The notes under the pieces are model-generated. The model worked only from the letters and a program-made list of their open reading frames with translations, did not search any database and had not been told where the DNA came from. Shown here piece after piece: positions 1 to 11,619 of a stretch of DNA of 64,000 nt. The number at the start of each line of letters is the position of its first letter. The first letter of the stretch is position 1. Source of the DNA: Hamiltosporidium tvaerminnensis FI-OER-3-3 (lineage: Eukaryota; Fungi; Microsporidia); assembly GCA_022605425.2 (NCBI GenBank), contig CM061254.1, positions 372,001-436,000 on the forward strand, in the 5' to 3' direction. The position numbers and the translations under genes are program-made.

Positions 1-224
1 AAAATCATATTGAAATTTTTGACAGGATATATGATTGTTGATTCATATTTATATGTCTTAGTTAAAATAACATAGTATAGATTTATTATTATTTGAATTT
101 AGTAATTTAAAATAACTGTTGTACTTTATAATGTCCTTTTCTGTCTGAAAAGATGACGATTGTTTCAAACTTGAATTTAATTAATTGCATTTAAAATTTA
201 GCAAATAAAAAGGTATAAGAAGAA

Positions 225-3200
225 ATGTTGGTAGCGCAAAAAAAGGCTGCAAACGACGCTAATGAAATGAATAAAATTGCAAAGTGATGCAAAACTGTAA
301 GAAACGCCTACCAGTGAATTCCGTATCTTTCTCTCCTATACAAAAAAAACACATACATCACCATGCCAAACATGCAGATACATGCAAAATATTGGAATTG
401 ACATCTTATCTTTCACTTATACACTCTTTCGCAATTCGGTTGATCTCTGCGGGCGAACCATCGTATATAATGACAAAACTCTGTATTCTAGCCATTCCTT
501 AATGTAAAAGTCTAATTACATGGCAAATGATATACGATTCCGTTGTCGACTTGAAGAAATAGCCTCACACTGTTTTTTTTTTTCGGTACAGACAAGATTT
601 AAAATAATGCTTCATGACGCGTAGAACGAGCCACACTGGTACTTTAATGGGAAATTCGGCTGCATATTAACTCTCGACGGTAAAAAGAATGGGCATAGAC
701 TGAGATAAGAAGAGAGTAAAATCGGTAGAAGATGAAGAGCAATGTAAATTCACCGGTTTTATCGCTGATTCCTGCACCTTTAACCACACTTCCGAGTAAA
801 TGAACCAACGTGGTTTAACTTTGTGTAAAATTAGAGAAATCTTGTGGTAACAATTTTAAAAGTGGTCCTCCAAACTCAAAAACATCCATATAAATTTTCT
901 CATAGTAGAACCTTGAATCTCATTAAACAAGTAGTTCGTAATATTCTGAGCCCTATATATCTGAGTAAATTACGGACGCCGTGCATATCATACAAACAGC
1001 GCAGGTATGCTATGACGATGCAACACGCATATAGAAGCCCAGATACGCTTGGATAAAAACATATAGCGTTAAATATCAGAGTTGGTACTGCCCAAAGCTC
1101 ATCTTGAAAAGTTTTAGACAAGATAGGATCTCTATTTCAGAAACGAAGAGCATTAAGAAAATCATAAGAATGTTCAATTTAAACCTCTGAAATGTAACTG
1201 ATATTTCCGAGGCTTTGTTAAGAAAAATGTGTCTTCATGTGTTTAAGAGAAAAAATTACGATGCATAAAATTCGGAATTCTTCCGAAAGAAGAATCGTGT
1301 TTTAGATTTTCCGAGGTCGATTTTATCTTAAGTTATCTGAGCTCGTTAAATTCGAGCATATGATTGGTCTTAAAGGAATTTGTGGATATTTATCTACTAT
1401 ATTGATAAAAATAAAGGCAAAGTCACGTATTCTTGTTATTTTATCCAATTTGTATCAGATAATTATCCGACAATCTCCCCTTTTCTTGATGAGTTGGTAA
1501 GTATACATAATTGGCTTCTCAAAAAAGAAAGCTTCTGAAATTGAGGTTATTTATAATCTTTTCATCAAGAAATAAACAACACTTTTAGAATATATTTATT
1601 ATATGTGTAGGTTATATGTTTATAAGGTATATTCTATGCTGATTAGGACTAGTATTTGTCACATATTTGATCCTGAAACGAATTTGATAAAGAAGCTCTG
1701 AGTACAGGTCAATCATATCTGTGTCAAACCTCTATGAGTTAACGAAGAATGTTTTTAACGAAAGTCGTTTAACTTGAAGTACAAGGGCGAAAGTTGCTTG
1801 CCTAGAACCAATTAGTAACGGTAAGCAGTGTGCAGAGAGGAAAAAATCGGGCTCTATTGAACATTGCCTTGAATAAAAAATATGGAAACAATCTTAGAGG
1901 AACGTAGATTAATGTAAAAAGCTTATGATTTTATAGATCATACAAATTTTACTCAATGCATTGAAAACCTTTATTTACCAAATCGATCCTGAAAATTTTC
2001 AAAGTAATTATATCAAATGGAAAATTGATATATCAGACGAGCCTATAAAATAATCATGTGCAAGAATACTGAGAGAGGGATTCTGCAAAAGATAGCCCTT
2101 GCAATTGTTGTTTGTTTGTGTATGGATCCGTTAAACCGCATACTCAATGTAAAATACACAAAAGGAACCATACACTTTGATGTAGATTCTGGCTGCACAA
2201 TCATCCATTTTCTGTCTATTATATTGGGCCCAAGCCTAACAGACAGCTCCACATTGGGAGCTATGCCAGACGAGGTGAAAGAATAAATACAAAAATGATT
2301 AGGCTAGAGATTGACAAAGATAGGTCAGCCACATATCGCGTGTTTTGTGAAGATACTGATACTCTTATAGAAGGTGTTAGTGTTTGTGACTATTTAGAAA
2401 TAATAGAAGATAGCAACAGCAATCCAACACTTAGCTCATTCGATGAAATAAAAAGGCTGATAACAAGAGTTGAAAGACTTTTCGAGCTAGATTAGCATCA
2501 AAAATTATATCTTATGCAATTAATCAACATGCGATATCGTTAATAAACTACCACATAGGTGTACTATGTTTTGAACCGGCGGATTTCTATAACTTAGATG
2601 ATGCAGTTGGAGCAGTTTTGGTGAAGAAAAAGATATATTTTAGCCCAGTATGTAAAGATCTTTTTTTTTCTATAACAAAACTTGAAACGGACTTAGATGG
2701 TGTTGAGTTGCGATGCGAACATAGGCTTCTGCAACTTTGGGATTGTCTGGAAAAAAAATAAAAAACTATTAACTCGGAGAGCAGCAATCCTTAAGGGCAA
2801 GAATACTAATAGAACCCCTCTTATAGCAATAAAAAACTTTTAAAAGTTGAGTATAGGTTGGAAGAAGAAGTCCCCAAGGTAAATTTATAGGTAAGCTCAA
2901 CCTGCAAAATTGCGTAACGAAATTAAAAAACAAAAACTTCATTCAAAGTCTTATAATGCAAGAAAAATTCAGCTTTTGAAGATTGGTGGCTCTCAGATGG
3001 CTAAATAGGGGAACATTAAACCAGCTGATGAAGCAAAGTTCTGCTATATCTAGGATAGAAATGTATTCCGGGTAGCAGATAATGTGATTTAACACTGCGG
3101 CAAGTCGGGTAAAACATTAGATCATCTGGCCATTTATGTGGAAAGATGCTAAGCCATGAATATACCAGAAAACATCATTAAGGGTTAAGGGTCTGTGCCT

Positions 3201-3920
3201 ACTCTTTTTAAATGAATATAAATTTGGGTCTAAAAAACGGATTAGGTTCCATTTAGTTCAAGAAATTCTTAGAAACGAGCATGCGGAAATAGGAGAGAAT
3301 ACCTGGATAAAACAGATTTTGATGTGAAATAATATACCCGATATATATATTTTATATAAGAGAATATGTAACATAATACACATTGAAATAAGAATTTATT
3401 CCAAATATTGTCTTTAAATAAATGAACCTATAAAATATATCAAATAATACCTTCTAGCTATTGAGATGGGTCTTATTTATAAGAGTAGGGCGGAAACGAT
3501 CCTCGTATGTAATGACCTAGGATGGTATTGTGACAAAATACAATAAGTTCCCCCTAAAAAGACGGCAAATACCTCATAATGTAGATACATACATTCACTC
3601 GATAGTGCTTAAAAAAACAGTCGAAACAATTTCTTTTGTTCAACAAAGAGAACTTGTGTCGGAACCTAATGCCGAAGAGAGCCCAGGTGCAAGGGGAGCC
3701 AACAACTCCTTTAAAAGAAGCGAATAATGATGAAGATGGTCTTATAGGTTTAAAAAAGAATATTATATCTCTCATTTCAAAGGAGGAACTTCGTTTGAGG
3801 AACCGACGATTAACATCAATGGAAAGTCGGATATAGAAGGAGGAATAGTAAATGTTAAAGATGTAAAGGAAGTTTATAAAAGCCATAATGATGTTTTAAT
3901 CTAGGATTTTATTGAATAAA
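225..3920 (+). mobile_element. Degenerate full-length copy of the RLE-type (R4/Dong-like) non-LTR retrotransposon
   Basis: Colinear nucleotide similarity to the near-intact copy at 24739-28523 (e.g. AAAGCTTATGATTTTATAGATCAT ~1918, AATTAATCAACATGCGATATCGTTAATAAACTA ~2518; peptide YIHSIVLKKTVETISF in ORF 3530..3727). Ends with the family tail TTTTATTGAATAAAA; many stops and frameshifts. Confidence 0.9.
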
Positions 3921-4984
3921 ATATGACAAAAATATATTTTGAAATATATAGCATTGCTTTGGTTCAGATTAAGACATTGCTATCGATGAATACACTGAAC
4001 CCAAAAATTACTGAAATACTCAATTATAAAAAATTTTTAAAATCAATTTCCTAGAAACTGCATAATTTGGTTTCGTTTTTTCTAACAGAAAAACGAATTC
4101 ATTTTTAATCAGTATGATAATGATATCGTTCATATAATTCAAATCTTTCAATATGTAATCTCATTTTTCAAATTATAATATAAAACTGAATTTTATCTAC
4201 AGAAAATATAGGTACGTTCTTCAATATTATAGCAATGAAATCTATATTTGCAGAGTAGATTTTTATTTAATTTATGCTTTTTCTAAAGAAAAAGAAGGCT
4301 CAATATTTTTAGAAAACATGTGGATTATGATTATCGTTGCATTTTTTTATATAAATTTAATAGCAATGCTATTTGAGAATTTTGGCAAGAATATAAATCC
4401 TTGTGAATACCGTGATGTATCGATTCAATAATCTGTGTTTTTTCCCTGAAAAAATGCAATACTAAAACCTTTTCTAAAGCTCTACCTTTTTATTTAAATT
4501 TTCCTCATTTGCTATCTTGATTATTGCAATCAGTGTATATTTTTTTGTATTTTTTAAAAGTATTGCGTATGCGCGTCTTTCTCTCAGCGTCTATAATCAT
4601 AAAATTTTTGCGATATTCTTCAATAATTCCTGTTACTGATGATAATTCGAAAAACAATAATCTATTAGTGTATAAAATTTGATACATCATGGATAAAATA
4701 CATTTTTTTAATCAAAAAAAGTTTTTTAAAAATATAACTGAATTATTTGTTAATCATTAAAAGAATAGATTATTTCAAAATAAATGTTTTTTAATGAATT
4801 TGAGTTTGGTTTGACAAATAAGAAGATGTATTTATTTATCAAATAGTGCACTTTCGAAACACTTTAATATAAGGAATTCTGGTTCTTTCATTTATCAAGA
4901 AATTTTACCTACTTACTCTTATATTCAAACCCCTTCTAACTCTCAATTTTGAAGGTGAAAAAACAATTTTTTAGAATATTCTTC

Positions 4985-5330
4985 CTGGTCGATGTCCTTT
5001 TTCTGGGCACCTTCTTCTTTCACAAAACCGGTTTAAAATAGTAAAACTTTTTTAAATTTCTTTAATTTTCTCTGACAATCCGTTACATATGTTTCCTAAA
5101 TCTTAAACCGAATTCCAGGGTATTTTATTGAATTTTGATCTGTTGTAATTCTGAATTATAGATGATCAACCCATATATCAAGTATGGTTTTTATCGCATC
5201 AAAATATCGAAAATTATTTTCACATCGATTTCTTTTCCTTGTCGCAAAGAAGATGGTTTCTTACGGCCATATCTTCCTTCTACCATTCTATTCTCATTGT
5301 AAAATATTTTCGTTTGCATTCGAACTTAAG
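4985..5330 (-). mobile_element. Possible relic of a Merlin/IS1595-like DDE transposase
   Basis: Minus-strand translation gives PG...YVTDCQ...GFVKEEGAQKKDID, in the order of the Merlin pattern PG.xTD.W...GFVxxxGxHTNxIE. Interrupted by stops; no TIRs found. Confidence 0.3.
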
Positions 5331-6531
5331 AAAATTTATTACCCAATTTTCTTTAATACAAACGCCGATCGGCTTTAATAATAGTAATATATTGGTCTCA
5401 CATGCCAAATAATGTGTTTTGAACATTTAATCAGTGGTTTTTAAATTTGTATTTGCGTTATAAAATAAATGTGAGGTTTTCAAAACCCTATTAATTTATT
5501 GTTATAACAAGGTTGATTTTGCAGTTATACATATTTTGCATTTTTATTAGGTTAGTTTTAAACAATGAAATAAATTTTTCAAAAAAAAGCAAGAAGCTAT
5601 CATATGGATTAAAACTTTCTAAATTTTGAAGATCAAAATTTAATTTTAAAATATATTACGAAAACCTTGAAATATTGGACAGTTGCTGCATTACCCTGTA
5701 TTATTTCTTGATTATATCTATCGATTATACATTGTAATCAAAAAATATTTTAGTTATTCTTTTTTATTAAGCAATTTTCTAATCAAATTAAGGGATAAGC
5801 CATAGGTATTATTTTAACTTTTGATATGTAATTTTTACTTTAATAGTGTGTCGAAGCAGGGGATTGTCATTCTCTTTCTAATAATCATCTTTTTATTTTT
5901 TTGCTTCTTTTCTAAGGAATATGAATGTAATATATTAAAAACATAAATTGAGTTTCTTCCGGTTTAATTTTCATTGAATTTGGTTTCCTTGTTTTTTGTT
6001 GTTTAAATATGCTTTGGTTTTGATTTTAAATAGAGATTTGTTTTCCATTTTTGTTTTAAGTTTTATTACGCAAGTTTTTTTCGATCTCTTAATAGAGATA
6101 ATATATTTTGCAAAAAATATTTGCGAAAATCTGCAGAAAGTAGATTCTAGTAGGTATAACATCTGTGACGTTAAATAGGCTAATATTTTGTTTTGTGCTC
6201 ATCAGCTCACAAAAAAAATGAATTGGTTTGTATTCAAATGTTTTTAAATATGTTACTGATTTTTTAAAATACTTTTTTTTCTCGTAAAAAACTATTTATC
6301 ACCATTGGAATTTAATAATATTTCTTTAAATCGAATATTAAATAAATATTGGTTTTTTACTTAATTAAAATATGAGAGTTTTTATGATGTAGAAATGAAA
6401 AATTGTATTGTATTAAAAAGTAGTTTCTTTAAATATAGAATTTCAAATACAACAAAATCATAATAATATGAAAAATAAATGCAACAAAATTTGTTACATT
6501 AAGTATAAATTGATATATAAAATAAATTGGT

Positions 6532-8367
6532 TTATTGGTTCAACGACTTTTGTAGTTCAGCATTCAATGTCTTCCAAAAATCTTTTTTACCGCAAAAATT
6601 AAAATTATCTCGCAATTTATAACGACAATAAACCAGTTTTGAATTTAAACATGTTATCAGGGTTTCCAATGTAAACAAATCTTTGATATATTCCCTATTC
6701 TCGTTTGCATAAGTTCCTTCTTTGCTGTATTTAATTAATAAATTCTCAGAATCTTCATCAAATACTAAATTTACTTTTTCACAAAGTGCCTGATTTTTCA
6801 TTAAACTATAAATTTTGGTATATTCCCTAATCAAATCTATATCTCGTAAATGCAAAAAGAATTTTTTGAAGCAATCTTTTTCATACGAATTAGACGATTC
6901 TATGGCGTTCAGAACAGTAGATTTACAAAATTCTATTGCTTTATTGACATCTTTATCTATAGAATTCTGTAAAAATACGCTGTGTAAAAGAATGTTCAAT
7001 TGAATACAATAAATCTTTTTTTTATACCGTGTTTTTTTAATACCACCTATATCATTAAAATATATCAAACTACTTATAACGATATAAAAGTTTTTCTTAC
7101 AATCAAAGTCTTTGATTCCAGAAAGCATATTATAAAAGATCAGCCTAAACGAAATTATATTATTATTATATTTAAAACAAAACCGATCATTAAGCCGATC
7201 GAACCTTTCGTTATTAGAATAACAAACCTCTAATAATTTAAGCATAAAACTAACATAAAATACATAACCTTCTTTTATATGTATCAAATTATTATTGTAT
7301 GAATACATAAAAAAAGGAATTTCACTCAAAATATGATATTCATTTAGTTTTAAAATTTTTTGTTTAAAATTTTCTAACCCAAATTTCTCGCAGAGCATAG
7401 AATTTTTTTCTTCAATCGAAAAATTTTTCATATATTTTTTCTCATAGAAAGCTACAATTTTTGAAAATTTAAATTCACAAACTAAATCCTCGTTTTTTTC
7501 AAAGTTTTTAGCTTGAATCGAAAGTATTCTATTTAAAATGTATTCACTGAAATTTGATACATTCATATTCCTTAAATCATCTGATAAATTATTTTCATTA
7601 ATATTTCCAGAATTAACTTTTTCAATTTCTTCGAGCAAGTTTTGGATATATTCCTTTGCACTTCTTATATTGACACTACTTACATCTGAATCTATTTTGC
7701 GTTTTCTCTTACGTCTTTGGGATTCATTTATTTGCGGTTCACCTTCATCTATTTCTGGCCGTGTGTTATTCAATTGATTCGATGGAATCCGAGACTCGTG
7801 AAATTCTAGGATTTTCTCATGTTTTTCGAGGTTCTGTAAAGGCTTTGTTTCTTTTGAACTATTGCTATATGATATCGGAGGATTCCACAAAAAACCGACT
7901 TCGGGCCTGTTTCCATCCGTTTTTTGTTTCCCGTCAGTTTTTTCAACAACCAAAATATTTATTTCTGTATATTTGTTTGTATCAACTGTTGTACTTTGGT
8001 CCTTTGAACTAACCCCCAAACAATTGTTCCCTTTACTAGTATATATAGTGTTATTGGCAGTATGTAATTCGATTTCTGTATCTACTATTTTATCTATCTC
8101 GAGTAAACCACAAGGATAGGCTTCCATTTCACAATTGTCTATACTTGGGTTCCCAAACTGCTCATCTCTATAATACCGGGATTCGGTCTCAGAACCAACA
8201 TGTTCTTTAATTTCCTTTTCTAGCGAAAACCAATCAAAATTTAATGATATTTCATCAGAGTCTTTTTCATTTAAACCATCATCATGCTGCTTTGAATTCT
8301 CTGGTATATGTTCTAGAAGACTATTAAAGCATTCCTTTATGATCAAAAGAAAGAATCTTATCATCAT
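6532..8367 (-). CDS. Hypothetical 611-aa protein, putatively secreted, with an internal basic NLS-like motif
   Basis: Long open ORF; GGCCC immediately before the ATG (microsporidian CCC-type motif); hydrophobic N-terminus MMIRFFLLIIKECFNS; RRKRKRK motif; disordered N-half, helical-looking C-half; no family recognised. Confidence 0.85.
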   Translation of the reverse strand: MMIRFFLLIIKECFNSLLEHIPENSKQHDDGLNEKDSDEISLNFDWFSLEKEIKEHVGSETESRYYRDEQFGNPSIDNCEMEAYPCGLLEIDKIVDTEIELHTANNTIYTSKGNNCLGVSSKDQSTTVDTNKYTEINILVVEKTDGKQKTDGNRPEVGFLWNPPISYSNSSKETKPLQNLEKHEKILEFHESRIPSNQLNNTRPEIDEGEPQINESQRRKRKRKIDSDVSSVNIRSAKEYIQNLLEEIEKVNSGNINENNLSDDLRNMNVSNFSEYILNRILSIQAKNFEKNEDLVCEFKFSKIVAFYEKKYMKNFSIEEKNSMLCEKFGLENFKQKILKLNEYHILSEIPFFMYSYNNNLIHIKEGYVFYVSFMLKLLEVCYSNNERFDRLNDRFCFKYNNNIISFRLIFYNMLSGIKDFDCKKNFYIVISSLIYFNDIGGIKKTRYKKKIYCIQLNILLHSVFLQNSIDKDVNKAIEFCKSTVLNAIESSNSYEKDCFKKFFLHLRDIDLIREYTKIYSLMKNQALCEKVNLVFDEDSENLLIKYSKEGTYANENREYIKDLFTLETLITCLNSKLVYCRYKLRDNFNFCGKKDFWKTLNAELQKSLNQ

Positions 8368-8372
8368 GGGCC
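8368..8372 (-). promoter_or_regulatory. Microsporidian CCC-type motif directly upstream of the start codon
   Basis: GAGGCCC-ATG. Similar C-runs lie close upstream of the ATGs of NEMF (CCCCTC), SerRS (TTCCCTC), the TAF-like gene (GACCCAT) and RFC (TTCCCTCC). Confidence 0.6.
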
Positions 8373-8440
8373 TCTAAATAATATTTTTTTAAAAAATTAT
8401 TGTGTTAAATTTGAAAAAATATTTAAACATTTTAAATAAT

Positions 8441-9085
8441 GGTGGGGTTGAGGAACCACACTAAAACTTATCTGCTGATAATGAGTGGTTAAAATCGGCT
8501 AAGGGATAAAATTCTGCTTGCATTTTTGTGGGGTAAACTCCAGATAATTTTAGATCGTTATATATATTTTTTTAATATGAAGATAGTCTACAAAAGTTTA
8601 ACCTTTCTAGATACATATTTTGTAGTTTTTTAAGTAATCAGATTGAAAAATACGGCTAAAATATAGATAATAGCCTTTTTAAAGTTTATAAACCTAGTCT
8701 TGTTCGTTCGGGTTAGAAAACTTTGCATTCTTGTGCTACAAAAAACATAACTATTGGAACGGAGAAAGTCGTATAAGAAGGTAATACCTGACGATGTCAC
8801 TTCCTACTCTACGGTAACTCAAAATGAGTCGCCGAGATATACCTCACTTGTAAGTCGATTCGGATGGAAACTTCGAGCAAAAGTGAGATTATGTTGATCA
8901 TAAGGAGTCCAAGGCAGGTTCCTATCTGTGACCCGGATCAAGCAAAGAATATGAAGGAAATTCGGGCTGAAAACTATTTTACATATTAAATGGCTTGTAT
9001 AAACCTTTTGGATAAAAAGATTTGCGGTGGATGTATCAAAGAATATCGACGGTGGGTTAGAAACGAAGCTATTTTTATAAAACTA
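8441..9085 (-). repeat. Dispersed repeat, long form (B), copy 1
   Basis: Aligns by eye with 19570-20207 in the same orientation (ATTTTGTAGTTTTTTAAGTAATCAGATTG vs ATTTTGTAGTTTTTTATGTAACTAGATTG) and carries the family tail ending CCTCAACCCCACC on the minus strand. Confidence 0.7.
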
Positions 9086-9268
9086 TAATGGCCTAACGAC
9101 ATTGAAACATTATAGAATACACACCCCTTATAAAATTATTTGATGTAAATTAATCAATATTCATTTTAACACTAATTTTATAAAAAAAATTCATTTAGCA
9201 AATTTATTTAAAACATATCACATCTTTTTACAATAATCGCAAGTGTTATATTTGTTTTTATGATATAA

Positions 9269-9926
9269 ACGCAGTTCTAGGTTAAGCATAAATAACTGCT
9301 ACCCCAACACTCCATCGGTAACCCCTGCGATACCTACGTCCCAAAGCCTTTCATCTACCAGGTGTGTAGAACCTAATTACTAGGCGAGGCAGTTGCCCGG
9401 AGTTCGTTAATGTCCGTTGCATGGAGTGTGATCAAAGGCCGAATCCCCCCTGAGCTCCCCCAAGACTATGCAGCATTCCCACTTACTCTACACATTCTGA
9501 ACCCAATAAACTTCTAGCTAAGATATATTTCAGAGATTTACATGGGTCCACCTAGACAGTGCGATGTCATACCAACAGGTATAACCTGCATCTTAGCTCT
9601 CCCGGCTTTAAATGGTTTTTATTTTTATATCTCCCAGGCGCCAAGTCTTCTAAACCGAGTAAGCAAGGCTAGGTTTCCATGCTTTTACATGGCAATTACC
9701 TACATGTTAAGCTGCGGTCTGCAATCTGGTTACATAAAAAACTACAAATAAATTCGTAGAAAAAGTTTCGCCATTATGTAGACCTCTCCTCCTCATAACA
9801 ATTCCCATGGAACAACGAAGATGTAGTGTGGTTTTAGTCCCACTAAAAATCCAAACAATGATCTCACACCAGTTTCATACACTCATTGCCAAGCAGAAAG
9901 TTTTTTAAGTTATTATCCCCTCACCA
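9269..9926 (+). repeat. Dispersed repeat, long form (B), copy 2
   Basis: Shares blocks such as GATGTCATACCAACA, GCAGCATTCCCACT and GCGGTCTGCAATCT.GTTACATAAAAAACTACAAA with the reverse complement of 19570-20207. Head ACGCAGTTCTAGGTT; tail CATTGCCAAGCAGAAAGTTTTTTAAGTTATTATCCCCTCACC. Confidence 0.85.
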
Positions 9927-10310
9927 TTCATTTAGCAAATAAATTCAATAATATAGAAAACAAAGATAACATTCAAATTTCACGATTCAAGAAATAATAA
10001 GTTAAAAGGTGTTTCTGTGTTCTTTAAACCACTAATGAAACAATATTTGACCCGGTATATGAATGTATTTTCTGTTATATCATGAAAGAACTGCATTTTT
10101 CAATGAACAAGGTACAATTCAAAATAGTTTAAGCAAAGAAAAGGTTAAAAAACGAAGCTAGTTACGAAAAGGCCTTAGACATGACTAAATCGAAGCATGC
10201 TATTGGTTTAACTTACACATATGTTTCTCTAGTAAACAAATGTTTGGGTTTTTAAAACAAGCTAGGAGGCACTAAGCGTAAGTAACTTTAGCAAATATTT
10301 ACGCGGAAAC

Positions 10311-10449
10311 AAGAATAGACACTTGAACTTATCACATTCAAATTTTAATTAATAGACCGGATGTATTTGCTTTTGATAAGAATAGACATTTGAACTTATC
10401 ACATTCAGATTTTAATTAATAGACCGGATGTATTTGCTTTTTATAAGAA
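10311..10449. repeat. Direct tandem duplication, 67-bp unit x2
   Basis: AAGAATAGACA(C/T)TTGAACTTATCACATTCA(A/G)ATTTTAATTAATAGACCGGATGTATTTGCTTTT starts at both 10311 and 10378. Confidence 0.95.
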
Positions 10450-11619
10450 AATGAATTTTACTTTGCCTTTAAAGTTTATTACTTAAATGAATTTGCTTAA
10501 ATTATTCATAGATTAAGGTTTAAAATACTACGATATTGTCAATGGGTGTCGTAAAATCGGTTACGTGTAACTATACTAACACCTCCCTAAATAATTATTT
10601 AAATATTTATTAGTTTTACCCCTAATAAAGAGGGAAAATCAAAAAGAACAAAATGCAATTAATAAATAAACCATCTTTCTTCAATACCTTTAGAACGCCG
10701 TAACAAGGCAATGGGTAATTTTATTTTTAAGTTGGTTTTGAGAATATTCTGTTTTGAAATATTCTACTGGTATTAAAACTGCTTCATATCATTCAATTAC
10801 TTTTAGATGTAATCTTTATCGATTTATTTGGCATTGAGCGATATAATAATCCCTAATAAATTGCTTTACATGGCACCTATAAATATAGATATGTAAATTT
10901 TACATAAATTTTTTTTCCCAAGATTCTATTTACTATGAAAGTGGCTAGCATTAGGTACTAGAGCATGCGAATTTAATCTTCTGTATGTACTATTCTGGAA
11001 AGCACTATAATCGAACAGTATGGAATTCTTATACAACCCCCAGTATCTCAGTAAGAAAATTGGCATTTATACTGTAAATATAACACCAAAAGACACATTA
11101 AATCATATTTTAGTATCAAAAGCGAGAACTTAATCAGAAAAAAATACCAGCTGGCTAGAAAAACAAAACAAATATAATTCTGAAGAACGGAAAATATAAA
11201 TATACCATATCCCTTTATTGGACTATATATTTATGAAGGAGAAAAGCTCAAAAAAACAATAATAAAATAATCGATTGTGAAAAAATCGAACTCAAACTTT
11301 ACGAAAATATAAAAAAACGCAATAAATAATAAAATAGCTGCTGAATTTTGAAAGAAATTAAAAATAATTCAAAAGACCTTGATCAAATTACTTGTTCTCT
11401 CGATTTAATTTTTAATTTTTTTCGTTATAATTTATATGTCTTGTTGATGTTAAACGAATAAACTTGGCTATAAAATGAAAAATGTCTATAAAGTCAGGCA
11501 AAACAAGTAAATCTAGAATATTCGTGTTTAATTATAGTGTACGAACGAAAAAAACATCTAATATTAGACATGCTATTTTGTGTCAGATTAGATTTTTGGA
11601 TAGTCGTTGTAGAAAATAT

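Noticed and set aside
8788-8830. CTGACGA as a hammerhead ribozyme core within long repeat copy 1
   Set aside because: No stem II plus GAAA follows, and the motif is not conserved in the other copies.
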